From positions 20,854 to 84,853 of the forward strand of contig JAYPYO010000003.1 in NCBI GenBank assembly GCA_038135995.1: a DNA stretch of 64,000 nt, written 5' to 3'. Positions 19,130-28,907 of the stretch are shown here, piece after piece. Both the position numbers and the translations under genes were made by a program. The notes below the pieces were generated by a model, which ran no database searches, was not told the origin of the DNA, and was given only the letters and a program-made list of their open reading frames with translations. The stretch is from Porticoccaceae bacterium (GTDB lineage: Bacteria > Pseudomonadota > Gammaproteobacteria > Pseudomonadales > Porticoccaceae). Within the stretch, counting starts at the first letter, position 1. The number at the start of each line of letters is the position of its first letter.

Positions 19130-20125
19130 TCAAGAGGGAGTACCCGGAAAAGATTTTTCAAAGAATCCCAGCCAGTTTTGGCCCATAATTTTCTCTATAT
19201 CTGCATTGGCAAAACCCTGGTCTTCAAGACCCTGAGCCACTGTCAGCATATCTTTTGAACCCGCAAACCAGTTGGGCTGGCGAGGCCATGAGGGATTGGC
19301 TGCAGAGCCTTCACCATGGTCAATACCCATAGTCCAGCGACCGCTGCGCATCCACTCCAGAGTTGAATAGCCCCAGTTTTCACAGAGATCCGAGCCAATA
19401 CCTATGCGGTCGACACCAATCATTTCGGCGGTTTGAGCTATCATCTGGCAAAATTCTTCGAGGCTGCAGTCTGAGCCATTTTTAAGATGGAAGGGATACA
19501 TGCTAAAGCCCAGCATACCCTCTGACTCACCAATGGCGCGCAGCACTCTGTCAGATTTATTGCGCAGTGCCGGGTGGAAAAAACTTGGGTTGGCATGGGT
19601 AATGGCTATAGGCCGCTCGGATATTTCTATAGCTTCGAGGGTGGATTTTTCAGCGCTGTGGGACATATCGATAATCATGCCTACGCGGTTCATCTCTTTG
19701 ATCACTTCGCGGCCAAATCTGGTGATACCACCATCCTGCTCTTCATAACAGCCGGTGGCCAGCAGACTCTGATTGTTGTAGCTGAGCTGCATAATGCGCA
19801 CCCCCAGCTGTTGCAGAATCTGCACCATTTTTACATCGTCTTCTATAGGCGAGCAGTTCTGAAAACCAAAGATAATGCCCACCTTGCCCAAACGCTTGGC
19901 TTCAAGGATATCCGCAGCCTGATGAATTGGCATAATCAAATCGGCATGGTTGATAAAATGCCGATTCCAGTTGCCAATATTCTCCAATGTCTCGCGAATA
20001 TTTTCCCAGTAGGCGATGGTGACATGAATGGCACTTAAGCCACTGCGCTGGGCCTGTTCAAATAGGTCGCGGTTCCAATTGACATATTGCAGCCCGTCGA
20101 CAAGTAGCATATCTCTGTTCATCAC
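19130..20125 (-). CDS. Membrane-dipeptidase (peptidase M19)-family amidohydrolase, atypical metal site
   Basis: MQLSYN, GITRFGREVIKEMNRVGMIIDMSH, ITHAN, RNKSD, GIGSD. The N-terminal DGLQY replaces the usual HxD. Confidence 0.85.
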   Translation of the reverse strand: MMNRDMLLVDGLQYVNWNRDLFEQAQRSGLSAIHVTIAYWENIRETLENIGNWNRHFINHADLIMPIHQAADILEAKRLGKVGIIFGFQNCSPIEDDVKMVQILQQLGVRIMQLSYNNQSLLATGCYEEQDGGITRFGREVIKEMNRVGMIIDMSHSAEKSTLEAIEISERPIAITHANPSFFHPALRNKSDRVLRAIGESEGMLGFSMYPFHLKNGSDCSLEEFCQMIAQTAEMIGVDRIGIGSDLCENWGYSTLEWMRSGRWTMGIDHGEGSAANPSWPRQPNWFAGSKDMLTVAQGLEDQGFANADIEKIMGQNWLGFFEKSFPGTPS

Positions 20126-20142
20126 TGAATCCTGATTACCAA

Positions 20143-21588
20143 TTAATAGGGCTTGCTGTAGTTGGTCTTAATAATGGTGTAGAAGTCTCGCGCGTACTGA
20201 CCCTGTTCCCGCGGACCATAGCTTGAATTTTTGCGACCGCCAAAGGGCACATGATAGTCGGTACCTGCGGTAGGCAGGTTAACCATCACACAGCCTGACT
20301 TGGAGTGACGCTTAAAGTGACCCGCATTAGCCAGACTATTAGTAATAATCCCTGAGGTCAGACCAAAGTCTGAATCATTGGAAACCGCCAGTGCCTGTTC
20401 ATAGCTATCAACTTTGATCACACAAGCAATGGGGCCAAATACCTCTTCCCGGTTAATACGCATCTGATTATTGGTGTTTACAAACAGTGCTGGCGACATA
20501 TAAAAACCTTCGGTCTCCATGCTCAGAGCCTCGCCACCCAATACCAGCTCTGCACCCTCATCTTTGGCTATCTGCATATAGTCGAGGTTTTGCTGCAGCT
20601 GGCGCCCATCAACTACTGGGCCAATTTGCGAGCCCTCGGCCAGAGCATGCCCGACAACCAGATTGCTCACAGCCTCGGTCATCTTGGCAACAAACTTATC
20701 ATGAATACCCGCCTGCACAATCAGTCGTGATGAGGCCGTGCATTTTTGCCCTGTGCCAAAATAGGCACCGGCAACTGCACATTGCACTGCTACATCCAGA
20801 TCTGCATCGTCTAGCACCACCAGGGCATTTTTACTGCCCATCTCAAGTTGCACCCGGGCCATATTGTCAATCGCATTGCGAGCAATATGACGACCTACGC
20901 CAACTGAACCTGTAAAGGTGACTGCTTGAATATCTGGAGATGTACACAGAGTCTCACCCACATCGCTCCCCGAACCCATAACCAGGTTAAATACACCAGC
21001 GGGCAAGCCGCTGCGGCTAATAATTTCGGCCAGTATCCAGGCACTGGCAGGCACCAGCTCTGCGGGCTTGAGCACCACTGAATTGCCGTAGGCCAGGGCA
21101 GGAGCAACTTTCCAAGCGGCGACCGCCATAGGAAAGTTCCAGGGCGTTACAATACCGATCACACCCAGAGGTTCACGATGAACCTCAACATCGACGCCTG
21201 GACGCACTGACTGAGTATTTTCTCCCATCAGACGCAGAGTTTCGGCAGCATAGTATTGAAAGAACTGACCGGATCTAAACACCTCACCTACGCCCTCAGC
21301 GCGGGTTTTACCCTCTTCCCGGGCCAGAATCTCGCCAATTTCGCCACTGCGGGCAATTAGCTCGGCGCCAATAAAGTCCAGCACTGCCTTGCGCTGTTCC
21401 AATCCACTCTGAGACCAGTCGTCGAAAGCTGCATTGGCAGCTCCGATAGCGGCCAGACAGTCTTCATTAGTAGCCTTGGCATAACGACCCACTAGGTCGC
21501 TGGTATCCGAGGGATTAATATTTTCAATGACCGCCGAGCTACTCACCCATTCGCCGTTGATATAGTTGTTGTACAAATCCTGACTCAT
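20143..21588 (-). CDS. Aldehyde dehydrogenase (2-oxoglutarate-semialdehyde dehydrogenase-like)
   Basis: TPWNFP, LKPAE, FTGS, LEMGSKN, catalytic GQKCTASSR, EEVFGP, PFGGRKNS. ATG 21588 has a GGAG SD. Confidence 0.88.
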   Translation of the reverse strand: MSQDLYNNYINGEWVSSSAVIENINPSDTSDLVGRYAKATNEDCLAAIGAANAAFDDWSQSGLEQRKAVLDFIGAELIARSGEIGEILAREEGKTRAEGVGEVFRSGQFFQYYAAETLRLMGENTQSVRPGVDVEVHREPLGVIGIVTPWNFPMAVAAWKVAPALAYGNSVVLKPAELVPASAWILAEIISRSGLPAGVFNLVMGSGSDVGETLCTSPDIQAVTFTGSVGVGRHIARNAIDNMARVQLEMGSKNALVVLDDADLDVAVQCAVAGAYFGTGQKCTASSRLIVQAGIHDKFVAKMTEAVSNLVVGHALAEGSQIGPVVDGRQLQQNLDYMQIAKDEGAELVLGGEALSMETEGFYMSPALFVNTNNQMRINREEVFGPIACVIKVDSYEQALAVSNDSDFGLTSGIITNSLANAGHFKRHSKSGCVMVNLPTAGTDYHVPFGGRKNSSYGPREQGQYARDFYTIIKTNYSKPY

Positions 21589-21749
21589 ACTGACTCCGCT
21601 GATTATCTTTGACATCGGTTGACGCAATAGCGACACATTTTTATCTTTCCGCACCTATAAATCTAATCAAAACTTCCTATAGATTTATAAGCATAATTAA
21701 TTTATCCTTGATTCTAATATAACCATAAATAAATCCAATAAAAGAGTTT

Positions 21750-22694
21750 ATTATCAAATACTTAAACGTAACACTGCGCCATCTGCGCACGTTTATCACT
21801 GTGGCTGAGGAAGGGAGTTTTAATGGCGCCGCCGAAAAGTTATCGCGCACCCAGCCAGCTATTACCCTGGCAGTAAAGCAGCTGGAGGAATTTATTGGCC
21901 TAAAGCTGCTGGAGCGCACCACCAGGCAGGTGAGCACGACCACTGAGGGCGAGAATTTTATCCCTATAGCCCAGCGTTTGGTCCGCGACTTTGATACCGC
22001 TATCTACGATCTGCGAGCTACGGCTGAGCGTCGCAGCGGCCATGTCAGCATGGCTATTGTGCCCTCAGTTGCCAGCAATGTGCTGCCGGATATTGTTAAA
22101 ACCTTTGCTGCGGAATTTCCCGGTATTCATCTGCATCTCGATGATGACAGCTCGCAGGGAGTGCAGCGGCGGGTCGAGCGCAACGAAGTAGACTTTGGCT
22201 TGGGCAGCCTGTGGAAGCCTAACAAACTGTTGGAATTCAGGCCGCTGTTTGCCGACAAACTGGAGCTGATTTGTCACCGAGATCACGAGCTGGCGCAAAA
22301 GTCTGATGATGTGCACTTGAAAGAGTTAGAGAACAGTACGTTCTTGGATACTGGCATTACCCAGACATTGCGCATACGGGAGAACTTCGGCGAATCCAAG
22401 TTCGATTTCCCCAATATCACCACATTGCTAGCGATGTTAAAATCCAATCTTGGTGTTTCGGTGCTACCCTCTCTGGCGATTCCCAAATCTACAGGTGACC
22501 TTGTATCCAGGCCTCTCTTCCCCACCGAGGTACGCGAGATTTACCTGATTACCCGCAAGGGCTGGACCCTATCACCGGCCGCAGAGGCCATGATAGAAAC
22601 CATTATTCGCGAGACGCCCAATCAGGTGGAAAAACACCGCCTAACCCTGCTCTACCCAAGCAAGAAAGCACCCTCCAGCAAAGTCAGGGGCTGA
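21750..22694 (+). CDS. LysR-family regulator, probably with a non-AUG start
   Basis: The frame is open from 21729. The HTH start LNVTLRHLRTFITV lies upstream of the first canonical start (GTG 21801). ATT 21750 or ATC 21753 follows AAGAG at 21742-21746. Confidence 0.85.
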   Translation: MIKYLNVTLRHLRTFITVAEEGSFNGAAEKLSRTQPAITLAVKQLEEFIGLKLLERTTRQVSTTTEGENFIPIAQRLVRDFDTAIYDLRATAERRSGHVSMAIVPSVASNVLPDIVKTFAAEFPGIHLHLDDDSSQGVQRRVERNEVDFGLGSLWKPNKLLEFRPLFADKLELICHRDHELAQKSDDVHLKELENSTFLDTGITQTLRIRENFGESKFDFPNITTLLAMLKSNLGVSVLPSLAIPKSTGDLVSRPLFPTEVREIYLITRKGWTLSPAAEAMIETIIRETPNQVEKHRLTLLYPSKKAPSSKVRG

Positions 22695-23697
22695 GGAATT
22701 CTCTGCAACTGGCCAACAGGGTCTCGGTAACCTGTATACCTTCGGCGGCAGTCTTGGCGCGGTTGGCATAGCGACGATTACCAGGCATATGAGCGCCCTC
22801 CATACCGGCCAATCGCTCGAGAAAAGACTCTGAATGCTGGAGCCAGTTGGCTTCGTCACCAAAGCGGCTGGGATCAAGGGCCAGCATAAATTCACCACCA
22901 TTGGGTGGGCCACCATCGTTGTTGTCGTTTTTCTGAGCTTCAAAGCTGAAGTCCATGCCGGTCAGACCAGCTACTAACAACTCGATCATCATGGCAATGG
23001 TAGAACCCTTGTGGCCCCCAAAGGGCAACAATGCACCACCATCAATAATTTTTTGTGGCTCAGTGGTTGGGTTTCCCTCGGCATCTACCCCTGTGCCCAG
23101 AGGCACATCATGCCCATCGCGAGCGGCAATCATTACTTCGCCGCGAGCCATGGAGGCCGATGCCTGATCAAAGACCATTGGAGGCTGGTCCCCTCTGGGC
23201 CAGCCAAAGCACATGGGATTGGTGCCAAATAATGGCTGCTTGGCGCCGGCCGGAACCACTGCCGGCTTGTAGGTAGTAAACGCCATGGCAGCACAACCGG
23301 CCTCTGCGATGGGCTCGACCTCAACCCAGAGTGCAGCAAAATGATGCACATTGACCAGTGCCAGAGCAGCAATACCATTTTCCCGAGCCGCCTCTATCAG
23401 CGCATCGCGGCCCGCCTCCAGGGCCAGTGGCGCGTAGCCATGATCACCATCCACCCGAACCACGGCTGGAGAGATTCGGCTGACACTGGGTCTGGCACTG
23501 CCATTGACCTTGCCACTGCGCAGTGAGGCAATATAGCCGGGTAAGCGGAATAAACCGTGGGAGGCACATCCATCGCGCTCGGCGGCTGCAATGGTGCGAG
23601 CCACGGCTGCAGCATTTTCATGATCACAGCCATTGGCGGTTAAGCAGTCTTCTACCAGCGCCTGTACTTCTTGCTCAGTCATGTTTACGTGAGACAT
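22684..23697 (-). CDS. Ldh_2-family oxidoreductase (DpkA/LhpI/ComC-like imine or 2-oxoacid reductase)
   Basis: ERDGCASHGLFRL, VDGDHG, VHHFAAL, FGTNPMCF, FDQASAS, LPFGGHKGS. Confidence 0.85.
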   Translation of the reverse strand: MSHVNMTEQEVQALVEDCLTANGCDHENAAAVARTIAAAERDGCASHGLFRLPGYIASLRSGKVNGSARPSVSRISPAVVRVDGDHGYAPLALEAGRDALIEAARENGIAALALVNVHHFAALWVEVEPIAEAGCAAMAFTTYKPAVVPAGAKQPLFGTNPMCFGWPRGDQPPMVFDQASASMARGEVMIAARDGHDVPLGTGVDAEGNPTTEPQKIIDGGALLPFGGHKGSTIAMMIELLVAGLTGMDFSFEAQKNDNNDGGPPNGGEFMLALDPSRFGDEANWLQHSESFLERLAGMEGAHMPGNRRYANRAKTAAEGIQVTETLLASCREFLSP

Positions 23698-23725
23698 AGG
23701 TTACTCCGATACACAGTTTTTATTG

Positions 23726-25765
23726 TTATTTAATGGGATAGCGATCCAGCACTGGACCCAATGCCTGCTTAAGCGGATCCAGGCAGTCTTCAAAGTTTTT
23801 CCACTGCTCCAGACCGCTGGTATAAATTGGTTGCCTTACCTGCTCTGCACTGGGCGTGCGCACAGAGCGCTGGTTTTCATGGAAGCTGATACAGCCCTCC
23901 TCAAAGGGCAGACCGCAGTAATCCAGAATGCGGCGCACCTGAGTATCAAGATCAGCGACCACGTCCTCATACTGCACTCGCAGCACCTTGCCCGGGAGCA
24001 CATTGTCCCAGTGATCCATCAACTCAACATAGTTGCGATAATAGGTGCCCACCTCTTCCAAACCATAGGTAAACTCCTGACCCTCGAAAAACAGCTGCTT
24101 AAAGCCACTAAAGCAGCAGGCCATGGGGTGACGGCGGGCATCAATAATTTTTGCATTGGGCAAAATCATATGGATCAGGCCAATATCGCGGAAGTTATTG
24201 GGCATCTTGTCGATAAAATAAGGTGCGCCCTCGCGATGGATCTGAGTTTCATCTATATAAGTCTGCCCCAACTTTGCAGCCATCTCTGGAGTCAACTGAG
24301 CCAGCACCTGAGGATATCGAGGCTCTTCAAAAACCGTGCGCCGGCCATTTAAACGGTGAGCGATGGCGGGAATATTATTTAATTCCAATGTGCCGTCGAC
24401 CATGGAGTGAGAGGCCAGAATCTGCTCAAGCAGCGTAGAGCCAGCCCGGGGCAGGCCGACAATAAAAATAGGGTCTGGTGCAGTACAGCCAGCTTGACCA
24501 AACTTGTCAAATAGTTCTCTGGTACAGAATTTTTGCTGCAGCGCTATCTTGTAGGACATACGATCTTTGTCGTACTGCACATCTTCTTTCTTAAGCTGAT
24601 TGCCGCTGATGTAGTAGTCACCTGCCGCGGCGTAATCACCGGCATCTTCCATGGCTTTGCCCAGAGCAAAGCTGAGATGAATTTTATCATCTAAGGCAGT
24701 GGCATCCGCCTGTTGATGCTCTCGCATCTGATTTATCTCGGCATCCTCAAACCTGTAGGTTTTAAGATTAGCCAGACTCCAAAATGCATCGCCAAAATCC
24801 GGTTTAGCGCGGTAGACGGCACGATAAGCTTCAACTGCCTCGTCCAGTCGACCTATGGTTTTAAGTGCATGGCCACGCAGTAAATGGGCCGGCGCCGCAT
24901 TGGGGTCTGCGGCCACAAACTCATCATAAAGAGCCAGTGCCTCTTCGAACCTGCCCACGGCAACACATTGGTTGGCATAGGAGAATCTGTATTTATTATT
25001 ATCTGGCTCGGCGTCTAATAGTATCTGCGCTTGCTCCATACAGAGTTCAAACTTCTGTCGCTTATACAGCACATTCATATAGTCGAAGCGCACTAGCTTA
25101 TTCTCTGGCTCATATACCAGCGCACTCTCGAGAATAAATTCTGCATCATCCAGTACATGAGTTTTAACACCCAGGTCTGCCAGCAGGCGCATGCCCTCAA
25201 TATGCTTGGGTTGTTTTTGCAAAAAGCTTCGACACAGCTGCTCCGCCTTCGATAGTTTGCCCTCCTCCATCATATTTCTTACACCCAATAGCTCAGGAGG
25301 AAGCGCTGCCAGTCGCTGGTACTGGTCTTTAAAATAATCGTGGGCTTTTTGATCAATCGCCGGATCAGTCAAGCTCATCAGCATCTGCCAACTGGCAATC
25401 AGGCTGCTGTTGTGGGTGGCAGCTTGCTGAAAGGCCAGACGCGCTTCATCGCGCTGATGACGAGCCATAGAGACATGACCCTTCTCTTGCCAGGCACGGC
25501 CATAGGTCGGCTCAATTTCAAGTAACCGGTCCAGAGAATCCAGAGCCGCCGTGTAATTTTCTCTAAATCTATGGGCGACAGCATTAAAGTACAGCGCCTC
25601 GGAATGATTGGGGTAGTCGGCCAGCAATCGCTCCATAAGCATCTGCGCGTCGGCAAACTCACCCCCCTGAATAAGTGCCTTGGCCTGGGACAACAGAGTG
25701 ACCGCTTGCTCCGCCGAGATAATCTCCGATCCTTCCCGATGACTAGTTTGGTCGCTGACAGACAT
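23726..25765 (-). CDS. TPR-repeat sulfotransferase family protein
   Basis: About 430 aa of TPR-like helical repeats, then IFIVGLPRAGSTLLEQIL (5'-PSB), FIDKMPNN, RHPMACCFS (3'-PB), VRTPSAEQVRQPI. Confidence 0.9.
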   Translation of the reverse strand: MSVSDQTSHREGSEIISAEQAVTLLSQAKALIQGGEFADAQMLMERLLADYPNHSEALYFNAVAHRFRENYTAALDSLDRLLEIEPTYGRAWQEKGHVSMARHQRDEARLAFQQAATHNSSLIASWQMLMSLTDPAIDQKAHDYFKDQYQRLAALPPELLGVRNMMEEGKLSKAEQLCRSFLQKQPKHIEGMRLLADLGVKTHVLDDAEFILESALVYEPENKLVRFDYMNVLYKRQKFELCMEQAQILLDAEPDNNKYRFSYANQCVAVGRFEEALALYDEFVAADPNAAPAHLLRGHALKTIGRLDEAVEAYRAVYRAKPDFGDAFWSLANLKTYRFEDAEINQMREHQQADATALDDKIHLSFALGKAMEDAGDYAAAGDYYISGNQLKKEDVQYDKDRMSYKIALQQKFCTRELFDKFGQAGCTAPDPIFIVGLPRAGSTLLEQILASHSMVDGTLELNNIPAIAHRLNGRRTVFEEPRYPQVLAQLTPEMAAKLGQTYIDETQIHREGAPYFIDKMPNNFRDIGLIHMILPNAKIIDARRHPMACCFSGFKQLFFEGQEFTYGLEEVGTYYRNYVELMDHWDNVLPGKVLRVQYEDVVADLDTQVRRILDYCGLPFEEGCISFHENQRSVRTPSAEQVRQPIYTSGLEQWKNFEDCLDPLKQALGPVLDRYPIK

Positions 25766-25834
25766 GGTGTTTCCTGTTACCTGAGCTTTCGTTAGATTTA
25801 TAACACATTAATTAGGCAGTCTTACAAGTTAATA

Positions 25835-25866
25835 CAAGAAAGGCGAGCCTAGGCTCGCCTTTCTTG
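25835..25866 (-). terminator. Intrinsic terminator (perfect 32-bp palindrome) after the TonB-dependent receptor
   Basis: CAAGAAAGGCGAGCCT-AGGCTCGCCTTTCTTG is self-complementary and lies 27 nt past the receptor stop. Confidence 0.75.
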
Positions 25867-25893
25867 ATACTTCGAGTTAACGATTTTTAACGA

Positions 25894-28536
25894 TTAGTTA
25901 AAGTCGTAGTTGAAACGCATACCAATAGTGCGAGGACGGTTGGTAGTAGTTCTCTCGAGGAAGTCCTGACGGTTGATGTGCAACTGAGCACGCTCGTCAG
26001 TCAGGTTGCTGACATACAGCTCAACACCCCAACCAGCGTCAGTGGTTACACCAGCTGCAGCATCCATGATGACATAGCTGTCCTGCATGGTGTTGGGCTC
26101 TTCGTTAGTGTCAACAATAGAGTTGAGCGCCTCGCCTGAGTACTTACCACCAATCTGCCAGAAGGCCTCCATACCAGAAGACATATCCCAGGCATAACGC
26201 GCACGGAGATTGCCCTGGAACTCAGGAGTCAGTGGCAGAGGACGACCCTCATCCTGAACAACAAATGAGAAGCCTGGGTCTACACGAACCAGTTCAGTAT
26301 CGTTGTAAGACATGGCTCCAAAGAGAGTCAGGTTGTCGCTGACAGCCCAAACCATATCCATTTCCAGACCAGAGATCTCTGCGTCACCACCGTTATCAAC
26401 AATGGTGAAAATAGAGATATTCTGAGAGTCAAACTGAGATACCTGAATATCTTCCCAGTCGATCTGGTACAGCGAGCCATTAAGACGCATGTTGCCATCC
26501 ATCAGAGTCAGCTTCCAACCAAGTTCAAGGTTGTCCAGGGTATCTGAATCAAACTTGTAGGGCAGGCAGTAGCCTGGGAAACCGTTATCTTTGGCTGGTA
26601 CATCTACACAGTCAGTGCCATCGTAGGTGCCCTTCTGCGCCGCACCACGGTTAAACCCTGGTGGACGGTAGCCCTCAGAGGAAGTGACATAGAGCAACAC
26701 ATCTTCGTTAGGTGTCCAGGTCACGGTGAACTTAGTGATGGTATCCGTGGTGCTGATGGGCTGCAGAACATTAAACTTCTGCGCATAATCTCGACCACCA
26801 GTCACATTGGGGATTACGTCATTTGTAGGGTCGTTATCATCAACAAACAGCGGACGGTTACCATAGCGCCATGCACCATAGCCAGTAAAACCATACTCCA
26901 GATCGTAGTAACGCGCCGAGGCAGCCACTGTTAACGTATCGCTGAGGTCATAGGACAGCTCACCAAAGACTGCAACCTGCTCTTCGTTACGATGGTTGTC
27001 GTTACGGAACTGGGTAGCAGGGCTAACCAGGCCACGGGCGTTGGCAGCCGCATCGTCCAGAGACGAGTTCAGGTTGATATCTATGGGTGTAAAGCCCGCT
27101 TCTGCTGGCCCTAAATAGTTAAAGTTACCAACGTGAAGGATTTCAGCATCTTCGTAGAAAACACCACCAGTGAAGCGCATATCGGCATCTGGATCAGTAG
27201 ACACACGCAATTCATGAGTCATACGTGTGTTTTCGTTTTCCGCGTTAAAGTTGTTGGCAGGGTTGCCACATTCAATCACACCAGTGTTGCCGCTGAGGGT
27301 TGGATCCCAGCTGTAGTTAGCCTGACCAATATCCAGACCATGGTAGTAAGAACCGGTCAGGTATTCACACTGGTAGCCAGGAATATAGGCACCAATATTG
27401 GAGTAACCCGTGTAGTCCAAACGCTGAGAAACCTCACGATCCAGATAAGCACCGGTGTAAACCAGATCAAGTGCGCCAGCACGACCTTCAAGGGTCCAGG
27501 CAAACTGAGTGAACTCATCTTCCAGAGAATCTTCGGTGAAACGTGCAACTTTAAGGTCACCCAGAGCTTCGTCATAGTCAAAAACGCCCTGAGTCTTCAG
27601 CGACTGCTGAGTAAACTGCAGCAGCGCCGACCAGTCGTCGTTGATCAGATATTTGGCGCCAAGACGCATGCCCTGATAAGACACGTCGTTGAAGTCATCT
27701 TCCACCAGGCCGGAGCTTGTAGCAGTGTTGTACTGCACTGGAACAGTTAATCCACCCTCACCCACTACAGTACCATTGCCAAAAATATGGCCTTCATCAA
27801 AGGTCACAGAATCGCCAGGATAAGCAGGGTTCAGAGCAGGATTTGCAGTGAAGGTACCTTCGACATTGTCGATGTAACCGCCTTTGTTATCGGCGTAAAC
27901 TGCAGCGCGAAATGCCAACTTACCTTCGATAACAGGGATGTTGATCATGGCTTCTACTTTATTGCTGTCTTCACCACCAGAGGTGCTGGAGTATCCGGCA
28001 GACAGACTGGCTGCAAACTCGTCAATCACTGGCTTGTTGGTGATCAGTCGCACCGTACCAGCCTGAGAGCTGGCACCATAAAGAGTGCCCTGAGGTCCAG
28101 GAAGTACCTCAATACGCTCCATATCGGTAATATACACGTCTAGGTTGCGACCACCCGCAGTGACTGGTTGCTCATCCAGATAGAGCGCAACGTTTGGCGC
28201 TGAACCCTGAGATTCCGCAACCGAGATATTGATCGCATCAACAGCTGCACCGCGGATGTAGATTTCATTCTGACCAGGGCCACGGCCACCGGCGTTAACA
28301 CTTGGAAGATACTTTACGTAATCTTCAAAGCTAGTAACATTTTGCTCTTCAAGAGACTCTTCCGTCATGGCCTGAACGGCAATCGGAATATCTTGCATAC
28401 TGGCTGATTTCTTGGTCGCCGTAACCACAACCTCTTCCAGCATGCCTTCAGCTACGGCAACACCAGCAGTGCTTGCAGCCATACCTGCAGCAATCACTGA
28501 GATAACAGCTCGGTTTACTTTCGTCTTACGAAACAT
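25894..28536 (-). CDS. TonB-dependent receptor
   Basis: Signal peptide MFRKTKVNRAVISVIAAG..., TonB box LEEVVVTA, plug RIEVLPGPQGTLYG, C-terminal RFNYDFN. ATG 28536 has a GGAGA SD. Confidence 0.93.
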   Translation of the reverse strand: MFRKTKVNRAVISVIAAGMAASTAGVAVAEGMLEEVVVTATKKSASMQDIPIAVQAMTEESLEEQNVTSFEDYVKYLPSVNAGGRGPGQNEIYIRGAAVDAINISVAESQGSAPNVALYLDEQPVTAGGRNLDVYITDMERIEVLPGPQGTLYGASSQAGTVRLITNKPVIDEFAASLSAGYSSTSGGEDSNKVEAMINIPVIEGKLAFRAAVYADNKGGYIDNVEGTFTANPALNPAYPGDSVTFDEGHIFGNGTVVGEGGLTVPVQYNTATSSGLVEDDFNDVSYQGMRLGAKYLINDDWSALLQFTQQSLKTQGVFDYDEALGDLKVARFTEDSLEDEFTQFAWTLEGRAGALDLVYTGAYLDREVSQRLDYTGYSNIGAYIPGYQCEYLTGSYYHGLDIGQANYSWDPTLSGNTGVIECGNPANNFNAENENTRMTHELRVSTDPDADMRFTGGVFYEDAEILHVGNFNYLGPAEAGFTPIDINLNSSLDDAAANARGLVSPATQFRNDNHRNEEQVAVFGELSYDLSDTLTVAASARYYDLEYGFTGYGAWRYGNRPLFVDDNDPTNDVIPNVTGGRDYAQKFNVLQPISTTDTITKFTVTWTPNEDVLLYVTSSEGYRPPGFNRGAAQKGTYDGTDCVDVPAKDNGFPGYCLPYKFDSDTLDNLELGWKLTLMDGNMRLNGSLYQIDWEDIQVSQFDSQNISIFTIVDNGGDAEISGLEMDMVWAVSDNLTLFGAMSYNDTELVRVDPGFSFVVQDEGRPLPLTPEFQGNLRARYAWDMSSGMEAFWQIGGKYSGEALNSIVDTNEEPNTMQDSYVIMDAAAGVTTDAGWGVELYVSNLTDERAQLHINRQDFLERTTTNRPRTIGMRFNYDFN

Positions 28537-28907
28537 AGGATTCTCCCCGATGAATGATTTAATTGTCCTACTACTGGCCTTCTCCAAATCATTGCGCTGT
28601 TAGTAAGCGCAACCCGACCAATTTTTTATTTCCACATGATGATACTCGCCCAGCATGCTGAGAGACACAAATTAAAAAACCAAATGTATATATAATTTTT
28701 TATTATTAATTGAAATCGCCGCTGTAATTCTCAGCTATTTGAGTATAAAACGATTAAATCGGCAAAACCCACATTTTGAGATTAACGCCCAAAGTATTTA
28801 GCGGTCACGCTTAAATGAGAATAACTGAATTCGCAACTTAAATCGCGGCGACAGCGGATTTTCGCAGTTTTTTTGTAGAATCTCAGCAACCGGACTTGAG
28901 CAAGCTC

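Noticed and set aside
8212-24352. Numerous 60-210 aa antisense or alternate-frame ORFs (e.g. 8212-8715, 18208-18750, 23723-24352)
   Set aside because: They are fully nested in well-supported genes and show no recognisable motifs.
28813-28833. Fur-box-like AAATGAGAAT upstream of the first TonB receptor
   Set aside because: Only one half-site matches and the other half is not palindromic.
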